From Candidatus Falkowbacteria bacterium (GTDB taxonomy: Bacteria; Patescibacteriota; Patescibacteriia; UBA11705; JABHMO01): a stretch of 64,000 nt of DNA. Location of the stretch: contig JABHAL010000010.1 of the NCBI GenBank assembly GCA_018674305.1, positions 25,708 to 89,707 of the forward strand, read 5' to 3'. Numbering within the stretch: the stretch's first letter is position 1; each line of letters opens with the position of its first letter. This document shows, piece by piece, positions 27,973-37,841 of the stretch. Position numbers and translations under genes: made by a program. Below the pieces are notes generated by a model. The model worked only from the letters and a program-made list of their open reading frames with translations. It searched no databases and was not told the DNA's origin.

Positions 27973-28515
27973 CTATTTATCTTCGATAACACGTACCATT
28001 GCCGGCGGAGTGGCCAGCTGAAGTGGCTGATCGCACAGCATGTACGTCCCGCTCCACTCTAGGTAAACATCATCCGTAGTAAAGAAGAAAACCGCGTCAC
28101 CATTGGTTCCGTACGAACCATCGAGCTGCGGGCTTTCCACAACCTTACCACCAACACGTCTACGTGCAAAAGGATCATCGACAATCTGTTCACCAGTAGT
28201 TAACTTGGAGTTAACACTGGAGACCTTACCCTTGATAGTATGAAAGGCCATCACCTTACCATAGCTAACCAGGTAAATGTAGCTGATCTTGTTCGGATCA
28301 TTGAAACGGTTAAGCCGCTTTGACAGGTTATCTCGCTCCAAAGAACTCTCGATCTTGGGCGGCGGCGTGGCCTTGATCAGACGACCCTGCTGCTCTTCCG
28401 TGAAATTGGCCTCTGCCTTCTGGGTCTCACCCTGGCCCTCGTAGGACTCATCATCACAACCAACAAAGGCAGTGAACGCGAAAACACACGCAATTGCCAG
28501 CATAATTTTCTTCAT
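27973..28515 (-). CDS. Lipoprotein, paralog A
   Basis: Lipobox FVGC; SYIYL, KGKVSS, ESPQLDGSYG, VFFFT; SD GAGGAGG. Confidence 0.8.
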   Translation of the reverse strand: MKKIMLAIACVFAFTAFVGCDDESYEGQGETQKAEANFTEEQQGRLIKATPPPKIESSLERDNLSKRLNRFNDPNKISYIYLVSYGKVMAFHTIKGKVSSVNSKLTTGEQIVDDPFARRRVGGKVVESPQLDGSYGTNGDAVFFFTTDDVYLEWSGTYMLCDQPLQLATPPAMVRVIEDK

Positions 28516-29102
28516 TTCGACACCTCCTCGTCGCTCGTATCAGTCTTGGGATTATCCTCAATAATGCGAACCATCTCCGGAGGAGTAGACAGCTGAAGTG
28601 GTTGGTCGCTCAGCATGTATGCACCGTTCCACTCCAAGTAAATATCGTCCGTGGTGAAGAAGAAAACCGCATCGCCATTAGTTCCATATGAACCATCGAG
28701 CTGCGGGCTTTCTACTACCTTACCAGACCTGCCCTCATGATGAGCAAAAGGATCCTTCACGATCTGCTCACCAGTAGTCAACTTTGAATTAACACTAGAA
28801 ACCTTTCCCTTGATTGCATGAAAGGCCATGACCTTACCAAAATCGACCAAGTAGATATAACTGATCTTGTTGGGATCATTGAAACGAACAAGACGCTTGG
28901 CCAAATTCTCACGCTCCAAAGAGCTCTCGATCTTGGGCGGTGGGGTGGACTTGATCAGACGACCCTGCTGCGCTTCCGTGATCTTAGCTTCTTCCTTCTG
29001 GGTCTCACCCTGGCCCTCATAAGTTTGCTTTTCCGTCTTGCAGCCAACAAAGGCAAACGCCAGAATCAAGCTAAACAAAACCAACGTCTTTCCAGTCCTC
29101 AT
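28512..29102 (-). CDS. Lipoprotein, paralog B
   Basis: Lipobox FVGC; highly similar to paralog A; SD AGGAGG; TTGACA-17-TATTAT at 29187-29159. Confidence 0.8.
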   Translation of the reverse strand: MRTGKTLVLFSLILAFAFVGCKTEKQTYEGQGETQKEEAKITEAQQGRLIKSTPPPKIESSLERENLAKRLVRFNDPNKISYIYLVDFGKVMAFHAIKGKVSSVNSKLTTGEQIVKDPFAHHEGRSGKVVESPQLDGSYGTNGDAVFFFTTDDIYLEWNGAYMLSDQPLQLSTPPEMVRIIEDNPKTDTSDEEVSK

Positions 29103-29227
29103 CGCAACCTCCTCAAGGTTATTAAGATGAATACACTAACAGATAGTGTAAACATCCTATAATATCACATATGAAATACTTTGTCAATAGCGACTGTAAT
29201 TTTACCACAAAGTCGCCCCTTTGAGAT

Positions 29228-29290
29228 AAAAAAACAGAGCCTGGTTAGAGAACCAAGGCTCTGTCGTGTTATTACTACTTGTCTTCGATC
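29228..29290. repeat. Duplicated gene end plus terminator (second copy 27926-27988)
   Basis: AAAAAACAGAGCCTGGTTAGAGAACCAAGGCTCTGT.GTGTTATTACTA occurs twice; both upstream genes end IEDK-TAG-TAA-TAA. Confidence 0.85.
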
Positions 29291-29817
29291 ATCCGGACCA
29301 TGGCCGGTGGCGTAGACAGTTGCAGTGGCTCAGTAAGCCACATGTAATCACCTCGCCACTGGACCAATACTTCTTCTGTAGTCCAGAAGAAGATCGCGTC
29401 TTCACTCGGACCATAGGATCCGTCCAATCCAGGACTTTCCATCGTATGTCGAGTTCGTCCAGCGCCAGTTGATCCATCGCCGACCTCGACAACCTGATCA
29501 CGCGTAGTCAACTTAGACGAACAATAAGTAACCTTGCCCTTCACCGTATGAAAGGCCATCACCTTGCCATAACTGATCAAGTAAATATAAGAGATTCGAT
29601 CTTCACGATTGATCTCCTTGAGATACTTCACCAGATTCTCCCGCTCTAGAGAATTTTTCATCTCCGGCGGAGGAGTCGACTTGAGTAACCGTTCCTGGTT
29701 CCTCTCTGTCATTTCCATCTCATCGATGGTAGTCTGGCCAGTATCCAGCGCCTTACCGCAACTGATCATACCCATAGCCAGAACACAGAGAGTAACAATC
29801 GTCATAAGCTTCTTCAT
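29275..29817 (-). CDS. Lipoprotein, paralog C
   Basis: Lipobox ISC; same SYIYL/KGKV/DGSYG motifs; SD AGGAG. Confidence 0.8.
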   Translation of the reverse strand: MKKLMTIVTLCVLAMGMISCGKALDTGQTTIDEMEMTERNQERLLKSTPPPEMKNSLERENLVKYLKEINREDRISYIYLISYGKVMAFHTVKGKVTYCSSKLTTRDQVVEVGDGSTGAGRTRHTMESPGLDGSYGPSEDAIFFWTTEEVLVQWRGDYMWLTEPLQLSTPPAMVRMIEDK

Positions 29818-29826
29818 GTCAATCTC

Positions 29827-30342
29827 CTACTGGCCGGGGATAGTGAAATCTGCCGGATGCGTCGCCGGAAGATCATCAGTTTTGAACAGCTCACGGTTGG
29901 CCATTTCAGTTCGCGCATTGTACTTGGCCACCACGTCTCGCCGTTGATTCTGCAGACCCAGCACGATCGTGTTGAGTCGAGAATACTCGGTCTTGTCCTC
30001 GAACGTCCAATCCTTGCGCGGACCAGCGTCTTCCTTGAAGCGCTTGAGCGCCGCGTCAGAATTGACGATCTTGGACTCCAGCGACAGGATATCCTGATTC
30101 GTCTGCTTGAACCACTCGTAGTTCTGGATCACGTTGTCCGCGTCCAGAGTCTTCTCCATGATCTTCACAGCCTGCTCGCCGGGATAACACACCACCCGGA
30201 CAACCGTCCCGATGAGTCCCAACACAATCACAACTGCGAGGATCTTGAAGAACATACTCCAAGGTCCACCTTTGGCCAGGTTGTAGGCCGTGTTTTCGTA
30301 CTTTCGCCCAACATCATCCCATCGATCATCATTCCGTGTCAT
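29827..30342 (-). CDS. Single-TM coiled-coil partner protein
   Basis: TM then ADNVIQNYEWF...VAKYNA; SD AAGGAGGT before MTRN; TTGACA-17-TATACT at 30432-30404. Confidence 0.75.
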   Translation of the reverse strand: MTRNDDRWDDVGRKYENTAYNLAKGGPWSMFFKILAVVIVLGLIGTVVRVVCYPGEQAVKIMEKTLDADNVIQNYEWFKQTNQDILSLESKIVNSDAALKRFKEDAGPRKDWTFEDKTEYSRLNTIVLGLQNQRRDVVAKYNARTEMANRELFKTDDLPATHPADFTIPGQ

Positions 30343-30628
30343 CTCCACCTCCTTAAGGTTTAGACACAAAAATACTTCTATTCAGCAACACAGTTTTCAT
30401 AAGAGTATAGCATAAAGATTAAATACTGTCAACCCTATTACCTAAATTTACAACAGAAATACTATTTGAAACAAAAAACAGGCAAATAACGCCTGCTTAA
30501 TAACAAAGAAACAATTAACCAAATCCTAAATAAACACAAAATATCAATGCTTAAAATATAAAAATAACTTTTGAATTTAAATATTATAATTTGTTTAGAA
30601 TTTAGAGTTTGATTCATTGATCAATTTG

Positions 30629-32593
30629 TCAATCTACATAAATAACATCTTCGCCCTCATCATTAAACCCATACGGCTGATGTCCTTGCTTCATATACTT
30701 TGATTCATCTAACTCACGGATGAACATAGACGGTTTGGAAAATACCTCACCGAACTTGTAACTAAACGAACGAACCGGGAACAACATATTCAATTCATCC
30801 TTGGCTCTCGTGGCCGCCACGTAAAACAAACGTCGTTCTTCCTCCAACTCGCGCGGATTGTCAATAGATTTATGGTGAGGAAAATGACCATCGCGTAATC
30901 CGATTATAAAAACTACTGCCCACTCCAAGCCTTTGGCTTGATGAATTGTGGACAAAATCACTGCGTTCTTGTCATGTTCATGCTCATCAGCAAACGACTC
31001 ACTAAGCATCACGTCAGTTAAAAGTTTATCCAAATCATTATACATTGCCACAAAGTTAACCAATTGACCTAAGTCATCCAGGCGGTCACGATAATTCTCA
31101 TAAGCATTTTTCAAATACTCTTCATAACCATGCGCTAAAACATATTCCACTGCCTCGGCAATATAACCTTTTTGATTTTTATCTAAATCTTTCAGAAAAC
31201 TAAAAGTTGAAGAAATCCTTCCCCAGCTAATTGCAGCTTTACCCGTTAACTTTAAATTTCCATCGATTAATTCGCTCAGCTCACCGAATTCCTGAATTTT
31301 TTTCCAAATAACTTCAGCTCTTTTCATTCCAATGCCTTCATACATTAATAAAATTCGTTTCCAGGAGACCTCATCCTGATAGTTAGTTAAAACTTTTAAA
31401 TAGGCCACAACGTCTTTGACGTGAGCTTGCTCAAAATAGCGCATACCACCGCGTACAACGTAAGGAATATTTTGTTTTGATAGTTCCAGTTGAATTTCCG
31501 CTGATTGAAAAGTTGCGCGATACAAAACTGCCATTGATTCATAATTAACACCATCACGATACAGTTGCATTATTCTTTTGATAATCAAACTAGCCTGTTG
31601 TTGCTGATCACGTGCGGCAATCAAAGTTGGTAAAATATTATCTCCTCGGTTTGGTTTTAATGCTTTTTGAAATTGATCCACGTTATGCTCAATACTATTA
31701 TTTGCTAAATCTAATATTTGAGGAGTACTACGATAATTAGTTTCAATTTTGTAAATTTTGGTTTTTGCAAACAGTTTAGGAAAATTTAATATGTTCTTTA
31801 CATCAGCAGCGCGAAATGAATAAATACTTTGTGAATCATCACCAACTACCAGTACATTATTATGAAATGACGACAAATGTCGAATAATTTCCGCTTGGAT
31901 GTAATTTGTATCTTGATATTCGTCAACCAAAATGTATTCAAACTGCTTGGCAAATCTTTCTTTGATATCTGGGAATTGCTCTAACAGTCTCAACCAATTC
32001 ACTAAAAGGTCATCAAAGTCCATCACGTTGGCAACTTTTTTCTTTTTATTATAAATAAAAGCAATCTCTTCACATTTTTCCGCAATAAAATCAGGGTAAG
32101 AATAATACACTTCAACCACCTCACGAATATCTTGATTGGTGTTTCGGGAATAACTAATCATACCTTGAACAATACTGGCCTTAGGAAAATTCTGCCCTTT
32201 AACATTCAACGCCAATTCTTCCATCGCGGCCTTAACCAAACTGATTGAATCAGCTTGATCTAAAATATTGAAGTTTCGATTATAATCTAGCTTGTCAGCG
32301 TATTTACGAAGAACTCTATTGGCAATACGATGAAATGTACCGCCCCACAAATGATCAGGGTTAAATCCTAACAAATTTTCTACTCTGGCTAACATTTCAT
32401 TGGCCGCTCTATTGGTAAACGTAACCAACAATATACTTTCAGGTTTTATCCCACATTCTACTAAATAAGCCACACGAAAAACTAAAGTGCGTGTTTTTCC
32501 TGACCCGGCGCCCGCCAAAACCAAACAAGGGCCGTCCGATTCGGTAACGACTTGATATTGTTCTTTATTTAGTAGTTTTTTATACTCAATCAT
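30629..32593 (-). CDS. UvrD/PcrA/Rep family SF1 helicase
   Basis: LAGAGSGKT, VDEYQDTN, VGDDSQSIY, NYRST, TIHQAKGLE, EERRLFYVA.TRA. Confidence 0.95.
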   Translation of the reverse strand: MIEYKKLLNKEQYQVVTESDGPCLVLAGAGSGKTRTLVFRVAYLVECGIKPESILLVTFTNRAANEMLARVENLLGFNPDHLWGGTFHRIANRVLRKYADKLDYNRNFNILDQADSISLVKAAMEELALNVKGQNFPKASIVQGMISYSRNTNQDIREVVEVYYSYPDFIAEKCEEIAFIYNKKKKVANVMDFDDLLVNWLRLLEQFPDIKERFAKQFEYILVDEYQDTNYIQAEIIRHLSSFHNNVLVVGDDSQSIYSFRAADVKNILNFPKLFAKTKIYKIETNYRSTPQILDLANNSIEHNVDQFQKALKPNRGDNILPTLIAARDQQQQASLIIKRIMQLYRDGVNYESMAVLYRATFQSAEIQLELSKQNIPYVVRGGMRYFEQAHVKDVVAYLKVLTNYQDEVSWKRILLMYEGIGMKRAEVIWKKIQEFGELSELIDGNLKLTGKAAISWGRISSTFSFLKDLDKNQKGYIAEAVEYVLAHGYEEYLKNAYENYRDRLDDLGQLVNFVAMYNDLDKLLTDVMLSESFADEHEHDKNAVILSTIHQAKGLEWAVVFIIGLRDGHFPHHKSIDNPRELEEERRLFYVAATRAKDELNMLFPVRSFSYKFGEVFSKPSMFIRELDESKYMKQGHQPYGFNDEGEDVIYVD

Positions 32594-32598
32594 TTGGA

Positions 32599-33174
32599 TT
32601 ACGAGATTACAAGATTATTCCTGTCACGTTGCCATTTTTGGGGATTGCAACGAATATACCAACGAACTTGCTCTAATTCCTCCTGACTTCGAATTATCCG
32701 ATCGTAAAATCTCCCCTGCCAAAACCTTTCACCAACTGTCCCCCTTATTTTATTAATTTGTTTAGCTGACTGCATTTTAAATCGTCCAATCATTTTGGGC
32801 AATAACATATGGCGACGAATCATTCGACGACACGTTGTGTCGTCTGCATACATTCGTAGAGACAATTCATGAATTGTCTCTACATCACGGTCGTCGCCAT
32901 TAACAATTCTAATTATCCCATGAAAATGATTGGGCATAATTATATATTTATCTATTTCACATTGTGGATAATGCCGAAACGCATCTTGCCAACATTGCTC
33001 AACAATTTCACCAAAGTCATTTAGAAACATCTTTTCATTCCTAACTTTCCCTAGCCACTCAATCATATAAGATGTACACATCGTAACATAATAGAATCCA
33101 TCAGACGAATAATTCCAATACGGCAAACGTGTTGATTTAATTCTATACCTGTTTTTATATAATTCCTCACTCAT
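32599..33174 (-). mobile_element. REP-associated tyrosine transposase (RAYT, IS200/Y1 HUH family)
   Basis: RLPYWNYS..G.YYVT, IMPNHFHGI (HUH), FWQGRFYDRIIR, YI..NP; internal 28-bp GTAG palindrome. Confidence 0.85.
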
Positions 33175-33249
33175 ATTGGTATTATTTTACCACAAAAATA
33201 GCCAAAACAAAAAAAGGGCCTAATGTAGACCCTTATAATATTCAACAAC

Positions 33250-33657
33250 CTAAGTACCAAGCTTAGTGGCAATGGCACTCACATAAGTATCGATATTTAC
33301 TTCTCCGAAAACAGTATGCTCAAACAACCGTCCATCAAACAACTTCCGAGTATCATCAGTAACTGAATGTCCGATACAAATCAAGACCTGCCGTTGTTCT
33401 TCAGTCAAAAGATCATAAACACGCCTTGAAAACCCAGGAGTCATCGGGCGCAAACACAGAAAAATCAAGTCAAACTTTTTTCCCCTAAAATGTTGAATCG
33501 CGGCTTCATCAGTTGGCAGTGGCCACAAAAAATCATTTTCAAATTCTATACCATCTCTTGTAAAAAACCCAAACAATGTTGTTATCGCCTGAAAAAAACT
33601 ATCGTCTGGTGCCATTTCACTAGTTGTAAAAAACAAAACCCTCTTTGTTTCTTTCAT
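33250..33657 (-). CDS. Orphan protein, possibly receiver-like alpha/beta fold
   Basis: Start MKETK after SD AAGGAGG; TTGACA-17-TAATCT at 33714-33686; FDLIFL motif. Confidence 0.6.
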   Translation of the reverse strand: MKETKRVLFFTTSEMAPDDSFFQAITTLFGFFTRDGIEFENDFLWPLPTDEAAIQHFRGKKFDLIFLCLRPMTPGFSRRVYDLLTEEQRQVLICIGHSVTDDTRKLFDGRLFEHTVFGEVNIDTYVSAIATKLGT

Positions 33658-33802
33658 GGGGGCCTCCTTTGCCTTCCAATAATAGAGATTAACAAAGAAG
33701 TTGAATTTTGTCAATATATAAACAAAGAGTATCAAGCATTGTAAAATAAAAAAATCCCACCATCGGCAAGATTATATCCGCTTTATCCACGTGTAATCCG
33801 TT

Positions 33803-34336
33803 CTATCCGCGCTGACTAAATTCACAACCACAATAGTCCTGCCTGTGGAAATCTTCTTGCGAACTTAATTCACAAGATTTTTTGAAGCCTTCGTTCTTAC
33901 GCCAAATCGTATCAATGAATTTTAGATTATAAAACTCTGCGAACTCCTGGCCGATCTGATTTATCATTTCCGCGGGTTTATGTGGACTAATAGTTAAAGT
34001 TGAAGCAAACGCGTCAAAGCCATCCTCCATCGCTCGTTGCGCCACCTCACCAAGTCGATGCATAAAACATTTGCGACAGCGCTCACCCTTTTCTGGTTCA
34101 TTTTCCAAACCTTTAATTAACTCTAACCATTCATCATGTACGTATTTTCCTTCAATTAATTTAATCCCCAATTTTTCAGTGTAACGCTTAACCTCATCTA
34201 AACGTAGTTTATATTCCTCTTCTGGAAAAATATTTGGATTATAAAAATAAACAGAGACCTCATGTCCCTCTTTTTGCAATTCATTAATAACTTGCCCGCC
34301 GCACGGAGCACAGCAAGAATGGAGTAATATTTTCAT
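33803..34336 (-). CDS. queH: Epoxyqueuosine reductase QueH (DUF208)
   Basis: LLHSCCAPC, FYNPNI, GERC..C, STLTISPHK, RQDYCGC. Confidence 0.9.
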   Translation of the reverse strand: MKILLHSCCAPCGGQVINELQKEGHEVSVYFYNPNIFPEEEYKLRLDEVKRYTEKLGIKLIEGKYVHDEWLELIKGLENEPEKGERCRKCFMHRLGEVAQRAMEDGFDAFASTLTISPHKPAEMINQIGQEFAEFYNLKFIDTIWRKNEGFKKSCELSSQEDFHRQDYCGCEFSQRG

Positions 34337-34406
34337 AAGATCAAGGATCAAGGGGCAAAGGTCAAAGAAGGATTAAAGCATAAAGATAAAAGAATAAAGA
34401 ATTACA

Positions 34407-34799
34407 CTAATCTTTTTTCTTGATTCTAGTTCCTTCCTTTCCATGAATTATTGAACCTAGGATTTTAGTTAACTCCAAAGCCTCTTGTGCCAACCTTTGT
34501 CTTTCTGCTTCTATTTTTTTATCATCCTCAATTACATACAAAAGACTCAGCCAGTGACGACTTTCTTTTGCTTCTTTCCGACATATTTTTAATCTATGTA
34601 ATTCATCTTTTGGACTTACTGATTCCCAACCTTCAATATAATTTGCGCCAACTGAACCCGAGGACCTAACCAATTGTTTTCCATCTTCAATATTGGCCGT
34701 TGTTTTTTGTAATTGTCTAACTAACGACCTACAATCCTGACCAAACTTTAAACAACGGTCATATAATTGATTTTTTGCTGAAAAATTATTCTGTTCCAT
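34407..34799 (-). CDS. Four helix bundle protein
   Basis: QLVRSSGSVGANYIE...KICRKEAKESRHWL; flanked by inverted 7-mer repeats. Confidence 0.88.
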   Translation of the reverse strand: MEQNNFSAKNQLYDRCLKFGQDCRSLVRQLQKTTANIEDGKQLVRSSGSVGANYIEGWESVSPKDELHRLKICRKEAKESRHWLSLLYVIEDDKKIEAERQRLAQEALELTKILGSIIHGKEGTRIKKKD

Positions 34800-34822
34800 A
34801 TGTCCCACGTTCACTTTAAGCT

Positions 34823-35113
34823 TTATTCTTTACTCTTGGCTCTTTCTTTGCCCTTTACCCCTTGCTCTTTGCTCTTAATCCAAACCTGCTTAAAGATCTG
34901 CAACGTCAAAGTTGATAAGATAAAAGCCAACGCCGGCACAATTGAATTCATAAACGGTTTTGGTAAGCCGGCAAAATAAAAAAACACAACTATAACAACA
35001 TAGGTTAAAATCGCAATCACAATTTTCCGAAACCAACTGGTTTCCCATGCCTTGTCAGCTTCAACTCGGCGGTTACGTTTTTTGATTTGGATTATTTCCT
35101 TTTCCAGATCCAT
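34823..35113 (-). CDS. Small two-TM conserved protein
   Basis: RNRRVEADKAWETSW; C-terminal tail encoded by 7-mer repeats. Confidence 0.7.
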   Translation of the reverse strand: MDLEKEIIQIKKRNRRVEADKAWETSWFRKIVIAILTYVVIVVFFYFAGLPKPFMNSIVPALAFILSTLTLQIFKQVWIKSKEQGVKGKERAKSKE

Positions 35114-35189
35114 AATTATATTTAATTCTTATTCCTGAACCCTAAAACCTTAAAGCTTCCCTAACTCTTGAACCTTGAATCCTAAACCT

Positions 35190-35540
35190 TTAATGCAGAT
35201 AGCTTTCCTTATAAAGCCAAGCGCTAAGGGTAGTTACAATTGTATAAATTGCTGCACCCAAAAAGCCGGCCCACCAAATAGTTATATCAAAGCCTTGGAT
35301 AAAGGTTGCTACAAACCAAAAGACTAAAGCATTAATCACCAAATTGGATAAACCCAAAGTGATAATGTTAATTGGAAAAGTTATCAACTTTAATATCATC
35401 CCCGGAACAAAATTAACCAAACCAATTACCACCACTAATATCATGGCGTAATAAAGGCTGGCCACTTCAATTCCCGGGATAAAATAACCTATGGCCAATA
35501 AACCAACTGCGTTTATAAGCCAACGAAGAATCATGTACAT
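35190..35540 (-). CDS. Phage holin family / DUF360 four-TM membrane protein
   Basis: LRWLINA, IPGIEV, LKLITFPINIITLGL, VINA. Confidence 0.85.
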   Translation of the reverse strand: MYMILRWLINAVGLLAIGYFIPGIEVASLYYAMILVVVIGLVNFVPGMILKLITFPINIITLGLSNLVINALVFWFVATFIQGFDITIWWAGFLGAAIYTIVTTLSAWLYKESYLH

Positions 35541-35597
35541 ATTAAATAAATCAAGAAAACAAGAAATCAAGAAAACAATTATAAAATACGTCCATAA

Positions 35598-36158
35598 TTA
35601 TTGCTTTTTTGCTTTTTTGCTTTTTTGCTTTTTTACAATTTTTGTTTTAATATAATCTTTCACTAGTCGCTCAACCCAACCGTGCTCATCAAGTAAGTCC
35701 AGGAAATAACGAGCTTCTCTGCTAACTTTGCGACGATTAAATAAATAAACAAGCTTAGCAATCCAATAATATACTATTATTAAAATTATTATTGTGTAAA
35801 GCACCCACCAAAACCAGTTGTTCTTCAAAGACCAAAACTGAATATTCAAGCGAACAGTATCATAACGAACATTTCCGTATTGATCCTCAACTTTTAGCTT
35901 AATGACATGTTCACCTTTATCAAAAAAATAACGAACCTTCTCAGACAAATAAATATCCTTGTTATCGATCGTCCATTCGTAATTTAATCCCTCATGATCA
36001 GGCAGAGTAGACACAACATAAAATTCATAAGTTTGCCAACTCAATTGAGAATATTTAATGTAAGCCTCTTGAAGTGGCTGAACAAAAGTTTGCTGGGCCA
36101 ACCCAACATTAAAACTAAAAATAAACAATATTACAATTACAACAATTTTTTTTGTCAT
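35598..36158 (-). CDS. PKD-like domain membrane protein
   Basis: Signal peptide, YEWTID, GEHVIKLKVED, C-terminal TM. Confidence 0.7.
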   Translation of the reverse strand: MTKKIVVIVILFIFSFNVGLAQQTFVQPLQEAYIKYSQLSWQTYEFYVVSTLPDHEGLNYEWTIDNKDIYLSEKVRYFFDKGEHVIKLKVEDQYGNVRYDTVRLNIQFWSLKNNWFWWVLYTIIILIIVYYWIAKLVYLFNRRKVSREARYFLDLLDEHGWVERLVKDYIKTKIVKKQKSKKAKKQ

Positions 36159-36160
36159 TT

Positions 36161-37345
36161 TTATTCCCTCCTTAACTTCTTAGGTTTTTTTGGTTCACGT
36201 TTTAATTTTCCATTTTTTTTATCGCTTTTTTTCGGTGCATTGTGTCTGAACTCATAAGAATACAGAAAGATTAAAGCAATGAACACTAAAACAATTAACC
36301 ATAACCAATAATTATATACGGACCAAAAAGCTACTACCACAGTAACGTTATCATAAATATAATTTTCAAACGGCCCCTTGACTTTCAAGGTTACAAAATA
36401 ATCACCCGTTCCACGAAATCTGTGATCATCATTAACATTAGCATCACTACCATCACCGTAAAGCCAATGATATTCCAAATTATCAGTACTTAGATCTTGG
36501 ATATTTGTCGAAAAATCAAACTTAAACGTGTTCCAATTTATCTGCTGAACATTAATTTTCACTTCTTGTAACAATTCCACAACTGGAGAATTATAAAATT
36601 CTTCAACTAATTCTGCCTTTTCTGGCTCCGGATCCTTGGGGGTAAAAATTTGGCTAATCAGACTTGGCTTCTTGGGTTCAGGTTCTGGAGCTGGAGCAGG
36701 TACTGGAGTAACTTCAACTACAGGCTCTGGCTCGGGCTCTGGTATCACCGGCTCAGGTTCATCTTTGTATTTATTAGGATCCAGCGGATAAAGATCATCT
36801 GCATCAAGCACACCATCACCGTCAGTATCTCTATTGTCCTTGTCAGTTCCAAGTTGCTCTTCCTGACCATCAAGCAAAGAATCATTATCATCATCAGTAT
36901 CTAAATCGTCCCCAATTCCATCCTGATCATTATCACCTTGAACTATGAACTTTTGAGTAATTATTGAATTGTTAGTTAAATTGTCATCATTAGGAATTAT
37001 CGACAACAAGGTTACCATTACACGAAAATCATTTTTAGGAACAGTAAAATCAACATACACCTCATCATAATATCCATCAGCCAAAACTGAAACTTCTGCG
37101 CTACCAATCATTTGTGATTCATTATTGATATAAAAAGCAATATACCCCAAAGCATCTTGATTACCATTATTATAAACAGAGGCATATACCCTAAGATCTT
37201 CACCAACTAAAAGATTATTGGTGTTTTTAGAAAACCTAATCTCATTGGCATTAAGACCTAAATCAACATCATGATCAGCGGCATGTATCCCAAACAAAGG
37301 ACAAGTCAAAAAAACAATTGTAAAGAAAATGAATAATTTTCGCAT
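36161..37345 (-). CDS. Surface protein with Ig-like, Asp-rich (TSP3-like), Pro-rich and PKD-like parts
   Basis: DNDQDGIGDDLDTDDDND, DTDGDG, PEPEP linker, WLYGDG, C-terminal TM; start placed at MRKL. Confidence 0.75.
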   Translation of the reverse strand: MRKLFIFFTIVFLTCPLFGIHAADHDVDLGLNANEIRFSKNTNNLLVGEDLRVYASVYNNGNQDALGYIAFYINNESQMIGSAEVSVLADGYYDEVYVDFTVPKNDFRVMVTLLSIIPNDDNLTNNSIITQKFIVQGDNDQDGIGDDLDTDDDNDSLLDGQEEQLGTDKDNRDTDGDGVLDADDLYPLDPNKYKDEPEPVIPEPEPEPVVEVTPVPAPAPEPEPKKPSLISQIFTPKDPEPEKAELVEEFYNSPVVELLQEVKINVQQINWNTFKFDFSTNIQDLSTDNLEYHWLYGDGSDANVNDDHRFRGTGDYFVTLKVKGPFENYIYDNVTVVVAFWSVYNYWLWLIVLVFIALIFLYSYEFRHNAPKKSDKKNGKLKREPKKPKKLRRE

Positions 37346-37346
37346 A

Positions 37347-37790
37347 CTAAATAACTTTAAGCTCACTTAGAGCATCTTTGAATAATTTTAAAACCTTACG
37401 TGCCTCTCCATGCTTCAAGTCGTAGCGGACATTATGCACAATCTGATTTCGGACTTTGTGTGCCCACCATACTTTTTTTAATCTTGGAAATTTATAGGAA
37501 GCTAATTTTAATCTTTCTGCCATGGTAGCTCCAGTAAAAAACATTACTTTTAACGCCTCGTCCAACAATTTATCAGCTTCAATTACTGCCAGTTTATAAT
37601 TCATCTCTTTGCCATAACCCATCAATTCTTGTATCTTTCTCCAACGCTCTCGGAAAAACTTACGATCTATTTCACTTGGTAACCTATTCTTTCGAGCAAA
37701 CATTCCGACTACCAAAGCTAACACTAAAATTATCACAATTCCGACAAGAACAGTATAATCAATCACTGTGAATTCCCAAGCAATACTCAT
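37347..37790 (-). CDS. Conserved single-TM hypothetical protein
   Basis: AVIEADKLLD...GATMAERLK...WWAHKVRNQIVH. Confidence 0.75.
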   Translation of the reverse strand: MSIAWEFTVIDYTVLVGIVIILVLALVVGMFARKNRLPSEIDRKFFRERWRKIQELMGYGKEMNYKLAVIEADKLLDEALKVMFFTGATMAERLKLASYKFPRLKKVWWAHKVRNQIVHNVRYDLKHGEARKVLKLFKDALSELKVI

Positions 37791-37841
37791 ATAGCATGTA
37801 GTCTGTAGTATCTTCTGTGACTGTTTAATGATTATAGTTTA

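Noticed and set aside
29857-30363. 168-aa plus-strand ORF and other shadow ORFs in the GC-rich island
   Set aside because: Antisense to SD-led minus-strand genes; long frames are expected at higher GC
35190-35540. Prophage suggested by the holin-family gene
   Set aside because: DUF360-type proteins are common chromosomal genes; no capsid, terminase, integrase or endolysin nearby
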